DNA from: the human T2T-CHM13v2.0 reference genome, Homo sapiens
DNA: 64,000 nucleotides
Reading direction: 5' to 3' (one strand)
NCBI RefSeq assembly: GCF_009914755.1
Contig: NC_060930.1
Numbering within the stretch: the first letter of the stretch is position 1; every line of letters begins with the position of its first letter. Positions 1-35,753 of the stretch are shown here, one piece after another. The position numbers were made by a program, and so were the translations under genes. The notes under the pieces were generated by a model. The model searched no databases, was not told where the DNA came from, and saw only the letters and a list, made by a program, of their open reading frames with translations.

Positions 1-645
<645 letters not shown>

Positions 646-799
646 TACAATATAAATTGAGTAAGAAAACAGTTAACAGACATAGGTAGAGTAAGCTGGA
701 AGGGAGTTGAAAAAGAAGGGGGTTTTTTGGCTCATAGAGAACACTAGGTCTTTCTTCACAAAGCAGTACCCAAAGGCTCTGAAATAGGACACCCTGACC

Positions 800-2781
800 A
801 CATAAAGAAAACTAAAAATAAAAACCACATGATCATCTCCATAGATGCAGAAAAGACTTCTGATAAAATTCAACATTGCTTCATGTTGAAAATCCTCAAC
901 AAACTAGGCACTGAAAGAACGTATCTCAAAATAATAACAGCCATCTATGACAAACCCACAGCCAACATCATACGGTATGGGTAAAAGTTAGAAGCATTCT
1001 ACCTGAGAACTGGAACAAGATAAGAATGCTCACTCTCACGGCTCCTACTCAGCGTAGTACTGGAATTCCTAACCAGAACAATCAGGCAAGAAAAAGAAGT
1101 AAAAGGCATCCAAATAGGAAGAGAAGAAGTCAAACTATATTTGCAGATGATATAATGTTATAACTAGATCTTGGACAAGGTAGCATAAGAAAAAGTAAAT
1201 CGATAAATAAAAATACAAAATACAAAATAATTTTATACCTAGAAAACCCCATAGTATCTGGCCAAAAGATCCTAGATCTTATAAACAACTTCAGTAAAGT
1301 TTCAGGGTGCAAAATCAATGTACAAATATCAGTAGCATTTCTATACACCAACAGTATCCAAACTGAGTGCCAAATGAAGAGTATGATCTCATTCAGAACA
1401 GACACACACACGCACACACACACACACACACAAACAAAATACCTAGGAATACAGCTAATCAGGGAGGTGAAAGATCTCTACAGCGAGAATTACAACACTG
1501 CTCAAAGAAATCAGAGATGACACAAATGGAAAAATACTCTATGCTCATGGATAAGAAGAATCAATATTGTTTAAATGGTCATACTGCCCAAAGCAATCTA
1601 CAGATTCAGTGCTATCCCTATCAAACTACCAATGACATTCTTCTCAGAATTAGAAAAAAACTATTCTAAAATTCATATGGAACCAAAAAAGAGCCTGAAT
1701 AGCCAACGCAATCATAAGCAAAAGAACAAAGCTGGAGGCATCACTGTTACCCAACTTCAAACTATACTTTAAGGCTACAGTCACCAGAACAGCATGGTAC
1801 TGATATAAAAACAGACACACAGTCCAATGGAACAGAATAGAGAGCTCAGAAATAAAAACGTACACCTACAACCATCTGATACTCAACAAAGTCGACAAAA
1901 GCAATGGGGAAAGGGCTCCCTATTCAATAAATGGCACCGGAATAACTGGCAAGCCATATGCAGAAGATTGAAGCTGGACTTCTTCCTTACACCATCTACA
2001 AGAATCAACTCAACATGGGTTAAAGACTTAAAAGTAAAACCTAAAACTATAAAACCTCTAGAAAACCTAGGAAATACCATTCTGGACACAGGCCCTGGCA
2101 AAGATTTCACGACGAAGACCCCAAAAGCAATTGCAGCAAAAGCAAAAATTGACAAATGGCACCTAATTAAAGAGCATAGCAAAGAACAACAACAACAACA
2201 AAACCTATCAGCAGAGTGAACAGACAACCCACAGAATGGGAGAAAATATTTGCAAGCTATGCATCTGTCAAAGGTCTAATATCCAGAAGCTATAAGGAAC
2301 TTAAATTAACAAGCAAAAAACAAACAGCCCCATTAGAAAGTGGGCAAAGGACATGAACATACATTTTTCAAAAGAAGACATATGGTGGCCAACAAGCATA
2401 TGAAAAGAATGCTCAGCATCACTAATCATTAGAGCAATGCAAATAACCACAATGAGATACCATCTCACAGCAGTTAGAATGCTATTATTTAAAAGTCAAA
2501 AACATCACAGATGATGGCAAAGATGTGGAGAAAAGGGACCACTTATACAATACTAGTGGGAATGTAAATTAGTTCAGCTACTGTGGAAAGCAGTTTGGTG
2601 ATTTCTCAAAGAACTTAAAACAGAACTACTATTTAACCCAGCAATCCCATTATTGGTTATATACCCAAAGGAATATAAATCACTCTACCATAAAGACACA
2701 TGCATGCATATGTTCACTGCAGCAATAATCACAATAGTAAAGACATAGAACCAATCTAAATGCCCATCAATGGCAGACTGG
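800..2781 (+). mobile_element. L1 ORF2 fragment (old L1PA/L1PB class): RT and C-terminal region, degenerate
   Basis: L1 ORF2 motifs: [10 protein letters not shown]-like, FADD (tttgcagatgat ~1140), [25 protein letters not shown]; many stops and frameshifts. Confidence 0.92.
1402..1431. repeat. (CA)n microsatellite inside L1
   Basis: acacacacacgcacacacacacacacacac. Confidence 0.9.
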
Positions 2782-2782
2782 G

Positions 2783-3958
2783 TAATTCCACTGCCTGCAA
2801 CATCCTGGCTAACCAGAGGTCCTGCGTCTATCCACATGACAGTTTCACTGCTAGCATAACCAGCATTTGAGAGAGCCAGCCCACCAAACATATCTGCAAC
2901 CAAGGACTCTCACAGAGTGTACTTCACTCCCTTGTCACCTCCACCAGAGCAGGTGCTATTATCCATGGCTGGGAGACCTGAAGAGGAATCTATCACAGGA
3001 CTCTTTGCAGATATTCCCCAGAACCAGCCCAGGGCCTGGTAGCTCCACTGGGTAGCTAGACCCAAAAGAGCAGTAATTATCACTGCAGTCCAGCTCTAAG
3101 GAAGCCCTATCCCTAGGGGAAGGGGGAGAGCACCACATCAAGGGATCACTCTGTGGTATAAATAAATCTGAACATCAGGCTTTGAGTTCCAGATTTTTCC
3201 ACTGAAATAGTCTACCCAAATGAGAAGGAATCAGAAAAGTAATTTTGCTAATATGACAAAACTAGGTTCTATAACACCCTCAAAAGACCACACTAGCTCC
3301 CCAACAATGGATCCAAACCACTGCAGAATATACATTCTTTTATCAGCACATGGAACATTCTCCAAGATAGACCACATATAGGTCACAAAACAAGTCTCAA
3401 TAAATTTAGGAAAATGAAAATTATATCAAGTATCCTCTCAGACCACAGTGGAATAAAACTGGAAATTAACTCCAAAAGGAACGCTCGAAACTATGGACAT
3501 TAAATAATCTGGTCTTGAATAATCTTTGGGTCAACAATGAAATCAAGATGGAAATTTAAAAAATTCTTGGAACTAAACGATAATAGTGACACAATCTATT
3601 AAACCCCTGGGACATAGCAAAAGTGGTGCTAAGAGAAAAGTTCATAGCATTTAATGTCTACATCAAAAAGTCTGAAAGAGTCCTGGTGTGGTGGTTCATG
3701 CCTATAATCCTAGTACTTTGGAAGGCTGAGACAGGTGGATTGCTTGAGCTTAGGAGTGTGAGACCAGCCTGGGCAACATGGCAAACCCTGTCTCTACAAA
3801 AAATACAAAAATTAGCTGGGTGTGGTGGCATATGCCTGTAGTCCCAGCCACTTGGGAGGCTGAGGTGGGAAGATAGCTTGAGCCCAGGAGGCGGAGGTTG
3901 CAATGAGCAAGATTGTGCCACTGCGCTCCAGTCTGGACAATAGAGCCAGGCCTTGTCT

Positions 3959-3995
<37 letters not shown>

Positions 3996-4550
3996 CAAGA
4001 GCATAAATAGACAATCTAAGGCCACACCTCAAGGAACTAGAGAAATAACAAACCAAACCCAAACACAGCAGAAGAAAAGAGTAACGAAGATCAGAACAGA
4101 CCTAAAATAAATTGAAACAAAAAAAAATACAAAAGATAAATGAAACAAAAATGCCTATCAACCAACGAGTGGATAAAGAAAATGTGGAATATATATACCA
4201 TGGACTACTACTCAGTCATAAAAAGGAATGAAATAATGGCATTTGCAGCAACCTGGGTGGAGGTGGAGACGATTACTCTAAGTGAAGTAACTCAGGAATG
4301 GAAAACCAAATATTGTATGTTCTCATAAGTGGGAGCTAAGCTGTGAGGATGCAAAGACATAGGAATGATATAATGGATTTGGGGGGCTTGGGGGTTAGGG
4401 TGGGAGGGGGTAAGGGATAAAAGAATACACAGTAGGTACAGTGAATACTGCTTAGGTGATGGGTGCACCAAAATCTCAGAAATTGCCACTAAAGAACTTA
4501 TCCATGTAACCAAAAATCATGTTCCCAAAAACTATTGAAATAAAATAAAA
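2783..4550 (+). mobile_element. Internally deleted L1PB-like element: 5'UTR/ORF1 start (2783-3320), ORF2 endonuclease region (3321-4150, with an AluJ at ~3683-3990), 3' end (4150-4550)
   Basis: ORF1-start-like atgagaaggaatcagaaaag...gatccaaacca; EN-region gaatatacattc...gcacatggaacattctccaagatagacc; L1PB1-type 3'UTR ending ctattgaaataaaataaaa. Confidence 0.8.
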
Positions 4551-4646
4551 GAGAACTCTGCAATACCTTCTGTAGTTTGTCTCAGCAAATACCATAATGT
4601 AAATATCAGTATAATGAATTGATTATTAACATTTAAAAAAAAAATA

Positions 4647-4948
<302 letters not shown>

Positions 4949-5424
4949 TTAAAAAAATAAGAAGTGCTATAATAGAGATTTTGGAAGAACACAATAATGG
5001 TATTTATTGAGACCTTGGGTCAGTGAAGTTCTCTTAGAGAAGTTGGCACATAAAAGGAGTTTTGAAGAACCAACAGTAGTGGCTGACTCCACGGAAATGG
5101 GAAAGAGAGGAGGAAGTGAGCAACTGGATGAATCTCAAGGTTCTTTCTTTTATAATTTACAGGGTTAGGCTTGACTTAATCTGGTCTTTTTCTAAACTTG
5201 CTTTTTTAAAGACCTGTATAAACTATTGCTATTTTTGTTCTTTTCATTTTATAACACTGTGGATGGATTTATAATATAATTTGTCAAAGTCTTAGCCCAA
5301 CCTCCTATTTTTCTTCAGTTAATTGAAATAGTGGGTTCTGAATTTGTAATGTCTAATTTTTAAAAAACATTTTTAATTAAATAAAATTCTGCTACTATGA
5401 AGTCTGGAAAAAAAATTAAATATT

Positions 5425-5596
5425 GGCCTGGCAGAGTGGTGCATACCTGTAGTCCTAGCTATGCAGGATGACTGTTTGAGCCAAGGAGGTCGAGGTTGGA
5501 GTGAGCTATGATTTTGCCACTGCGCTCCAGCCTGGGTGACAGAGCAAGATCCTTGTAGACCTTGTTTCAAAAAAAAAAACAAAAAACAAAAAAAAA
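5425..5596 (+). mobile_element. Alu right-monomer fragment (FRAM/AluJ)
   Basis: Right-arm motifs plus A tail. Confidence 0.8.
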
Positions 5597-5599
5597 CCT

Positions 5600-5960
5600 T
5601 TTTACTATCTGGCCCCTGTCATCCTCTCCAACTATTTCTGAGTATTTCCCATAGGCCCCATAGGCTCCTTGCAATGTAGACAAACTAAATTACTCATTGT
5701 CTGTCTCCCAAACTAACCACACTCTTGCCTTCTCACCTTTGTTCATACTATCCCCGCAACCCAGAAGGGTCTCTTGTACTTCCCTTCTGCTTATCCATTT
5801 GTTCAGAAAATAATTTGGATATCTATTAGGCATTCTGTGGGCCCTAGAAATATTATAGTTAAAAAAAAAGACACAGTCCCTGCCTTCAAGGAGCTTACCA
5901 TCCAGAGAAGCTTATTCTTTCTTCGATTCTAGGTTGAAGGCCCATCTACTTGTGAAGTCC
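5600..5960. mobile_element. L2-derived fragments
   Basis: Degenerate L2 motifs (agacacagtccctgccttcaaggagcttac). Confidence 0.55.
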
Positions 5961-6245
5961 TACTCTGAGCTTTCATTGCATTATAGGTTGCTCACACACC
6001 AGTGCTAATCATAATCCCTAAAAACACAATCTCAAATGCCATAATCCTGAAAGATCAAAATCTCTAAAGTCTAAAAATCCCTAATATCTAAATCCTGAAA
6101 ATCACAATCCTGGAAGATTAAAATTCAGCATGTTGAAATCCTGAAAGCTGAATTCTGGGGAAGTTCATTTTTTATTGTAAGCAGGGTAGCTGTAGCATGT
6201 TACTTGTATCATCTTAGGTGGACCTATTCCCATCCTATTTTTATT

Positions 6246-10270
<4,025 letters not shown>

Positions 10271-10587
10271 AAGTAAGTAAATGTCCTTTAAATAATTTTT
10301 TAAATATTTTTTTTTTCCAGAACTACATTTTCAGGATTTTTATCTTTCAAGATTGTGATTTTGGGGATTTTAGACTTTAGGGGATTTTGATCTTTTGAGA
10401 TTTTAACATGCAGGATTGTTTCTTTGGGGATTATGGCATAAACCCCTCACTTATTATAGTCTACCAAATATTGATAGTTTTAATTTATAAATCTTGTCTT
10501 CGCAGCCAAAAGGTAAGTTATTTCAGGGCAGCTACCATTTCCTCATATCTCCAATGCTTAATAAAATGCTTTAAAAATAAAAATCAT

Positions 10588-18112
<7,525 letters not shown>

Positions 18113-18268
18113 AGATAAGCACTAAAACATTTGTCCAATGTAAGATCTCTGACCTCAGAGTTTACAATCTCATATAGAAGATGAGAAATAAGTACAAAGA
18201 ACCTGGATAGGTAAGGCCATCTCAAGGTACCAAGGCAAACACTAAGAGTCTTACTAAGAAGCAGGGTA

Positions 18269-20981
<2,713 letters not shown>

Positions 20982-21236
20982 TCAAACCTCAAACATACTT
21001 TTTTCCCTTTGCTTTGCATTCCCAAATAGCTGCTGTGTTGTAAGTTGAACAAAGATATGCAGAATTTGCAGAAGAAACACTCCGAAGACAAGCTAACATG
21101 CAACTTCAAATGATACAGCACTACTGGGGACTCAGAGAAATCACAGAGGCAGATAAGCCTAGGGGGCATGGACAAGCACCTGATATATTTATTTCTGAAG
21201 AGAGGATGCCAGGTGCAAACTGTGCCAAACTCAATG

Positions 21237-21585
21237 CAGACTCCTCCCTTATCCACAGTTTTGCTTTCTGAGGTTTCAGTTACCTGTGGTCCGAAAATAC
21301 ATAAGTACAAGTACAGTAAGATATTTTGAGAGAGACAGAGAAAGACCACATTCACAAAGCTTTTATCACAGCATATTGTTATAGTTGTTCTATTTTATTA
21401 TTGTTGTTGTTAATCTCTTACTGTGCCTAATTTATAAATTAAGCTTTATAGGTATGTATATACAGGAAAAACATGGTATATATAGGGTTCACTACTGTCC
21501 CGTGGTGCTGGATACCATGGTACTGAAACAGCCATCCACTGGGAGTTTTGGAAATGTATCCCCTGAGGATAAGGGGAGCCTATTG
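21237..21585 (+). mobile_element. MER44A-like (TcMar-Tigger) MITE
   Basis: ~350 bp with inverted ends cagactcctcccttatcc ... ggataaggggagcctattg and typical MER44 internal sequence (aatctcttactgtgcctaatttataaatta). Confidence 0.85.
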
Positions 21586-21917
21586 TTCATGGAGTTTCCA
21601 GCTACAAATCAAGGACCAGTGTGTGCAACTGGTAGGGATCTGCTGGCTATACAGCAACTGCTGGTCAGTGGCTGCCATCTTCAACTACAAAGGCTAAAGT
21701 GTAACTATCAACATCTGCCTTCTTCAACCAGTTATTTATCTTAGTGCTAAAGTGACAGTGGCCTTGAGGCATATTTACTCATCTACCTAAAAAATAAAAC
21801 TGGAAGTAAAGGGAAAACACACAAAAAGCTTAATAAAATTTGTATTAAGCATGTTATCTCCTTTCAGCGTATTATCTCCTTTTAACCCTCTTTGTATCTT
21901 ACTATAGAAAGATCTCA

Positions 21918-22195
21918 TCTGGGCGCGGTGGCTCATGCCTATAATCCCAGCACTTTGGGAGGCCAAGGCAGGTGCATCGCTTAAGCTCAGGAGTTCAAGA
22001 CCAGCCTGGACAACATGGCAAAATCCTATCTCTACAAAAAAATACAAAAATTAGCCAGGCATAGTGGTGCATGCTTGTAGTCCCAGCTCCTTGGGAGGCT
22101 GAGGCAGGAGGATCACTTAAGCCTGGGTGGCGGAGGTTGCAGCCACTGCACTTTAGCCTGGGCAACAGAGTGAGACCCAGTCTCAAAAAAATAAA
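21918..22195 (+). mobile_element. AluJ
   Basis: Alu dimer with an internal deletion in the right arm. Confidence 0.9.
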
Positions 22196-22959
22196 GTTTG
22201 TCTAACCTCATCTAGAGTATGAGGAACTCTTCCTTGGTATTCTAATACCTTCTTCACACCCAAGATTATGGCATGCCTAACTGTAATTCCTGTTTTCCTT
22301 TATCCACCTGATTAGACTTTGAAGTCCTTAAGACCCGGAATAATGAGCCTGTTATTGTTATCTCTGTAACACAGGCATTACATGCATACTTACATAGTTC
22401 ATCAGTAAGTGAGGATTCAATGGATGGATGAATCTCCTGAAACCATGTTAAGTACAGACACAGTCAAAGTGACTTCTCTCTCAGTAGAAGCAGCTGCTAT
22501 ACTATTCAACTATGATAATGTCAACCAGGGATTTAGCAGACATCTTAAAGACTGAGGATACAGACAAAATGCAAATGGGGTGTGTGTGTGTGTAGCATGT
22601 GGCATTGTGTATCAGGGAGCACTTTTCAGTATCCTAAGGGCTCCATCCATATTTAGCCTAGCATTGCTGCCCCATCATTCAGGTATCTTCCTGGCTGCTG
22701 AACAAAGTCTGTCCCTAATTAGAGACCTACCAAAACCAAAGGAAAACCCATTCTATGGTGAGAGACTTCCCCCTCATCATAATGGGTGTAATAAATATTA
22801 CCTCTTCCCCAAGGTTGTCATAAAAGAGAGATTTACACAATAATAGGTATCTATGCTTGCCTGCTCCAGCTGCTTTATTCTTTTAAATTAAGTCACAGCG
22901 TTCATGTTATGAGAGCACTGTGTTCCCTATCTTAGTGATAGTTCCCTATCTCAAGATTC

Positions 22960-24195
22960 CTTCCTCCTTCACCACTTCCCATATCCCATCAATTCCCAAA
23001 TCCTATTAATTCTTCCTTATGAGCTTTGACTATTTCTCTCCATCATATCTTTATAATGACCAATCAGGCCCTAGATGCTAAGACCCCTTTTTCTCTCTGA
23101 TCTCATTATTCTTCCTCTCACTTACTCCCCATGAGCCACATTGGCCTCCTCACTGTTCTTCCAACACACCAGGCAATCTCTCATCTCAGAACTGTGCAAT
23201 TCTGTTTTTTTTTTCTGCCTAGAATGCTCTTCCCTCAGATATCTACATGGCTTGCCATCCTCACTTCATTCAGATGTGTGCTTAGATGTTTCCTTCTCAG
23301 TGAAGCCTTCCCTGGTCACTCTATTATAAAATCATTCCCCACTTAACACTCTCTTATTCCTTTTCCCAATTTGTTTTCCTCCCTAGCAATTATCACTATC
23401 TAAACATAGTATGTATTTACTTATGTATAGTCATTCTCCCCACTAGACGATAAGCTCCATGAGGGCAGAGAGTTCTATTTGGGTCACAGCTATATCTCAA
23501 GCACTTGGAACAGCACCTACCAGAAAAAAGATACTAAGTACTTATTTTCTGAAAGAATGAATAAAACTACCTCCACATCCATTGCCTCGATTCTAATTTA
23601 AACTATCATCAGTTCTAGCCCACATTACTGCAACTGCCTTTTAATGGGTCTTCCTGCATTCAGCCTAAAACCCAAATATGTCATTCTCACTGCCTTGGGG
23701 AGAAAGTCCAAACTCCTTAACATGGCTTGTCTTTCATAGTCTGATCCTGCATACCTCTCTAGTTCATCCCTCTTTCTCTACCCCATGACTATGCTCCAGC
23801 TGTTCTAAAGCATTTTAAGTTCCCCAAAGGAACTATTCTCTCTTACTTCTGGGTCTTCCCATAAGCTGCTCCCTCCCCTAGAACATTTTCATCATTCCCC
23901 TGGCTATCCATTCCTTCCTTAGCCTGACTCTTACTTATCCATCACATCTTGGTATAGTCACTCCTTCCTCCAAGAAATCTTCCACTACCCTCCAAGGCTG
24001 GGTTAAGCATACCTTCTATGTGCTCTCCGAGCACGTGTGTACTTTCCCTTATTCAGCATCTACCATGCTGTACTGTAATTGTCTGTCTGCTTGACTGTGT
24101 CCCAACTATAACAAACCTGAAGAAGACATCGTGCCGAGAACAGAGCAGGAACCTAATAAATTTTGTTGAATTAAAGACCGAGTGAATAAACAAAT
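22960..24195 (+). mobile_element. L2 3' region relics (several pieces)
   Basis: L2-like tctgcctagaatgctcttcc, taagctccatgagggcagag, and tgaatgaataaa-type ends. Confidence 0.7.
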
Positions 24196-24479
24196 AACGT
24201 TCTACTTCAGTGTCCTCTTTGGCAAATTATTAATTGCTATGTCTAAGATTCTTTTTACATACAGAGGTGAAAAAATATTCTGACAAAAACTGAGAAAGCT
24301 ACAGTAATTTTTAAATTAGAGTTCAAAAAATAAGACAATCTTTCTGATCGAAAAGAGTACTTTAAACTACTATGAAAGGGTGCAGGAAGACCCATTAAAA
24401 GGCAGTTGCAGTAAAATAAACTAGAATACCAATGGAAATAGTTGCAGACAATATAAAAAGAAAGTGTGTAACCTGTGTC

Positions 24480-30772
<6,293 letters not shown>

Positions 30773-31169
30773 CTGCATGGTGCCTTTTTTAATAATCGAA
30801 ATTGGCAAAATGTCAAGCCACTCTATCCTCAGCACTCAGCCACTGAGACACACCAGTGCTATCAACTCTGAGATTCCCCTAAAGAGGCAGCTGTGTCTAA
30901 GGCAAAGCACTCAAAGGCTAAAATGGAAGCTGTTAATAGCACATAAGCTCCATGATGGTAGAGATTTTTTTTGTTTTTATAGAACAGGGCTAGAACACAG
31001 TGGGTGTTCAGTTAATAATGTAAAACAAAAGGCTGAAAGAACATGAAAGGGCCTGTCCAAAGTTGGGAGCAACTCATACAAACAACATTCTGAGTTTGGT
31101 ACATATCAGTGGGAGAGACATCATGACTTTCAACCCACACTGGGATCATTACAATGTTCTGAGATAGAA

Positions 31170-31450
31170 AGAAACCACAGTGCTCATCACAGCAAATCTA
31201 ATGAGAAGAGTGGCCTTATTTTACATTTTTGTTAATCTTCTAAAGTCTGGATTAAGGAAAACAGCTGTATTCTCCTATCTGCTTCTGCGTTCAGTCAACT
31301 GCACATTATGTAGCCTCTGGAAGACTTCATTGCACACTCGTAAGAGAACGAGGGTAGAAATTCTAGAATTGTTATGAAAATTGTTTTAACTTCATCAGCC
31401 CCTGAAAGGATCTTGAGGGGCCCCAGACCACCCTTTAAGACATTGTTTTG
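31170..31450 (+). mobile_element. hAT-Charlie (Charlie1/MER119-like) 3' fragment
   Basis: atgagaagagtggccttattttacattttt... and terminal ccccagaccaccctttaaga, resembling the Charlie1 end. Confidence 0.65.
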
Positions 31451-32163
31451 AAAGATATGTGCAATAAGGGCCATAACTTTGATCAATATTCAGAAGAGAT
31501 TCTCAAACAAGGGAAAGGGGTAAAAAAAGATGGAGAGAAAAAGAGAAAAACATCACTGACTACCTGCAACCACACTTATAGGAGGGCCAAGACATTTTAT
31601 TAGTGTACTTGTTGTTACTTTAACTGTCGCTTACGCTGTACTTTACCATATTTTAACAAGAAGTGAATTGCTATTTGAAGAAAAGAAAAGCCAGACCCCA
31701 AAACAAAAACCACATACTACAATTCCTCCTAGTTCCTATATAAATGTCAATTGTTAGTGCACATTTACTCTTTAGGCCATCACATTCTAATTACACGACC
31801 TGTAAGTCACCTTTCTCCTGGCTTTTCTTCTCCTCTACAACTTTCTGCTGACTGTCACTCAAATATTATTTAACAGGATGAAAGAGCAATTTCCAATTAT
31901 CAATCAGTTCCAAACTGCTGCACAGTTCAATCTTTCTGTCTGCAAGTTTCTATGAATAGCAGCTAAATAGCAATCTACAAACCAACTCTAATCCTTTCTA
32001 AACATATGTTCTTCTGGCCGGGCGCGGTGGCTCAAGCCTGTAATCCCAGCACTCTGGGAGGCTGAGGCAGGTGGATCACGAGGTCAGGAGATTGAGACCA
32101 TCCTGGCTAATATGGTGAAACCCCGTCTCTACTAAAAATACAAAAAAAAAAAAAAAAAAGCTA

Positions 32164-32358
<195 letters not shown>

Positions 32359-32629
32359 TTAGCTAGTTAGGTGATTTCTATCTACTATAAATGATTCATA
32401 ATGAAGCAAAACAGCAATATTCATTTAAGCATGGTCAAGAAAAATAATTATTTATGAATAATCATCTCATGTCATTTTTCCCATACTTAAGATACATGAT
32501 TTCAAATTTTCCTTCACACAGGCAAACAAAATCAAATAGTTACAGTGACTTTTTCAGGAGATATTTGGTTTTTATGTCTTATATAAATTCTCACTACCCT
32601 AGTAAACCTTTTAAGAGTTATTAACTAGG

Positions 32630-33009
<380 letters not shown>

Positions 33010-33203
33010 TAGCTGGGATTACAGGCACACACCACCACACCCATCTAATTTTTGTATTTTTAGTAGAGATGGGGGTTTCACTGTGTTGGTCAGGTTGGTC
33101 TCGAACTCCTGACCTTGTGATCAGCCCACCTTGGCCTCCCAAAGTGCTGGGAGTACAGGCGTGAGCCACTGCGCCCAGCCAACTTCTGTTTTTTATATTT
33201 TAG

Positions 33204-33717
<514 letters not shown>

Positions 33718-34001
33718 TAAAATAGTTAATTGTCTACACCACCTAAGAAAGTGCTGACAAGCCATACAAACAGTATCAGAGATAATCTTCAAAACTGCTA
33801 TGACTCTAGCCCAGGTACAGTGGTACCTATAGTCCCAGCTACTCAGGAGGCTCAGACAGGTGGATCACTTGAGTCTAGGAGTTAAAGGCCAGCTGGGTAG
33901 CACGGCATGACTCTGTCTCTTTAAATAAAAAATAAAATAATTACTATGATCCTGTGTGCAAAAAGGAAAAAAAAATACTTCAAGCTGGGTGCAGTGGCTC
34001 A

Positions 34002-34259
<258 letters not shown>

Positions 34260-34709
34260 TCAAAAAAAAAAAAAATAGAAAAGAAAAAAAACTCAAGAAG
34301 GCATGTCCTTCAAAATAGATTGACAGAAACACAACACAGCATTTGACATAGCTATCTAGAAACAAAAGAATTGTGTAGCCTGCTTTACAAGATACTTTTA
34401 CAGGCAAGATGAACCTATGTTAGGCTGAAGATAGTTGTTTATTCATATATAACTATAAACATCATATACACCCTAAGATATACAGTAAAAGGTAAAGATA
34501 TAGAACTTTATCCTCACACATAGTCTAGCAGCATACTCAGAGATGAAGTCAAAAGAAAACTTCTCATGAAAAAAACTAAAAAGCTTTTGCCACCATGGTT
34601 AACCGTATCTGAGATGGTTTAACTCTTGGAATGTATCAGAGAAAAATTTATGTGTGGATGGCTGGCACATAAAAAGGCTAACTGGGATACATATGAGAAT
34701 TATAGTTAA

Positions 34710-34910
34710 CATTTACTAAACACTTACTTCATTCCAGACATTATTTCAAGTTTTTTATATGGATTAACTAATCAATTGCTAAGAGATAGCATTTTATTGT
34801 CCTCACCTTATATCCAAGGAATTGAGGCACAGAGATAACATGTCCAAATGTCAAGTTAATAGTGACTGGTTAAAAACGGTCTGGCTCCAAATCCATGTTT
34901 TTAACCACTA
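34710..34910 (-). mobile_element. MIR
   Basis: aattgaggcacagaga...tctggctccaaatccatgtttttaaccacta. Confidence 0.7.
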
Positions 34911-35027
34911 GGCAAAGAAGGTTGCACAAATACATGCCATATACTTATAGACTCTGGGAGGAGGGTAAGATTCAGGTAGAGGATTGTAGTTATCTGTTAT
35001 TTTTAAATTATTGACATGAATGTATAA

Positions 35028-35222
<195 letters not shown>

Positions 35223-35337
35223 TAGCCACCACACCTGGCTAATTTTTTTTTTTTTTTTTTTTTTTGGTAGAGATGAGGTCTTGCTATATTGCCCAGGCTG
35301 GCTAGAATTCCTGGTCTCAGCCAGGCACAGTGGCTCA

Positions 35338-35753
<416 letters not shown>

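Noticed and set aside
1367-2227. ORFs resembling L1 ORF2p (also 13932-14117, 16055-16363, 17290-17529)
   Set aside because: Short frameshifted relics of dead L1 copies, not functional genes.
6010-6150. Short recurring aatcc(c/t)(g/a)aaa units that could suggest a CRISPR-like or satellite array
   Set aside because: Irregular spacing with no unique spacers; they are sub-repeats of the MULE terminal inverted repeat, mirrored at 10330-10435.
34581-34612. AAGCTT followed by a perfect Kozak GCCACCATGG, resembling a cloning junction
   Set aside because: The ORF is only MVNRI*, the surrounding DNA is ordinary genomic sequence and there is no vector sequence; treated as chance.
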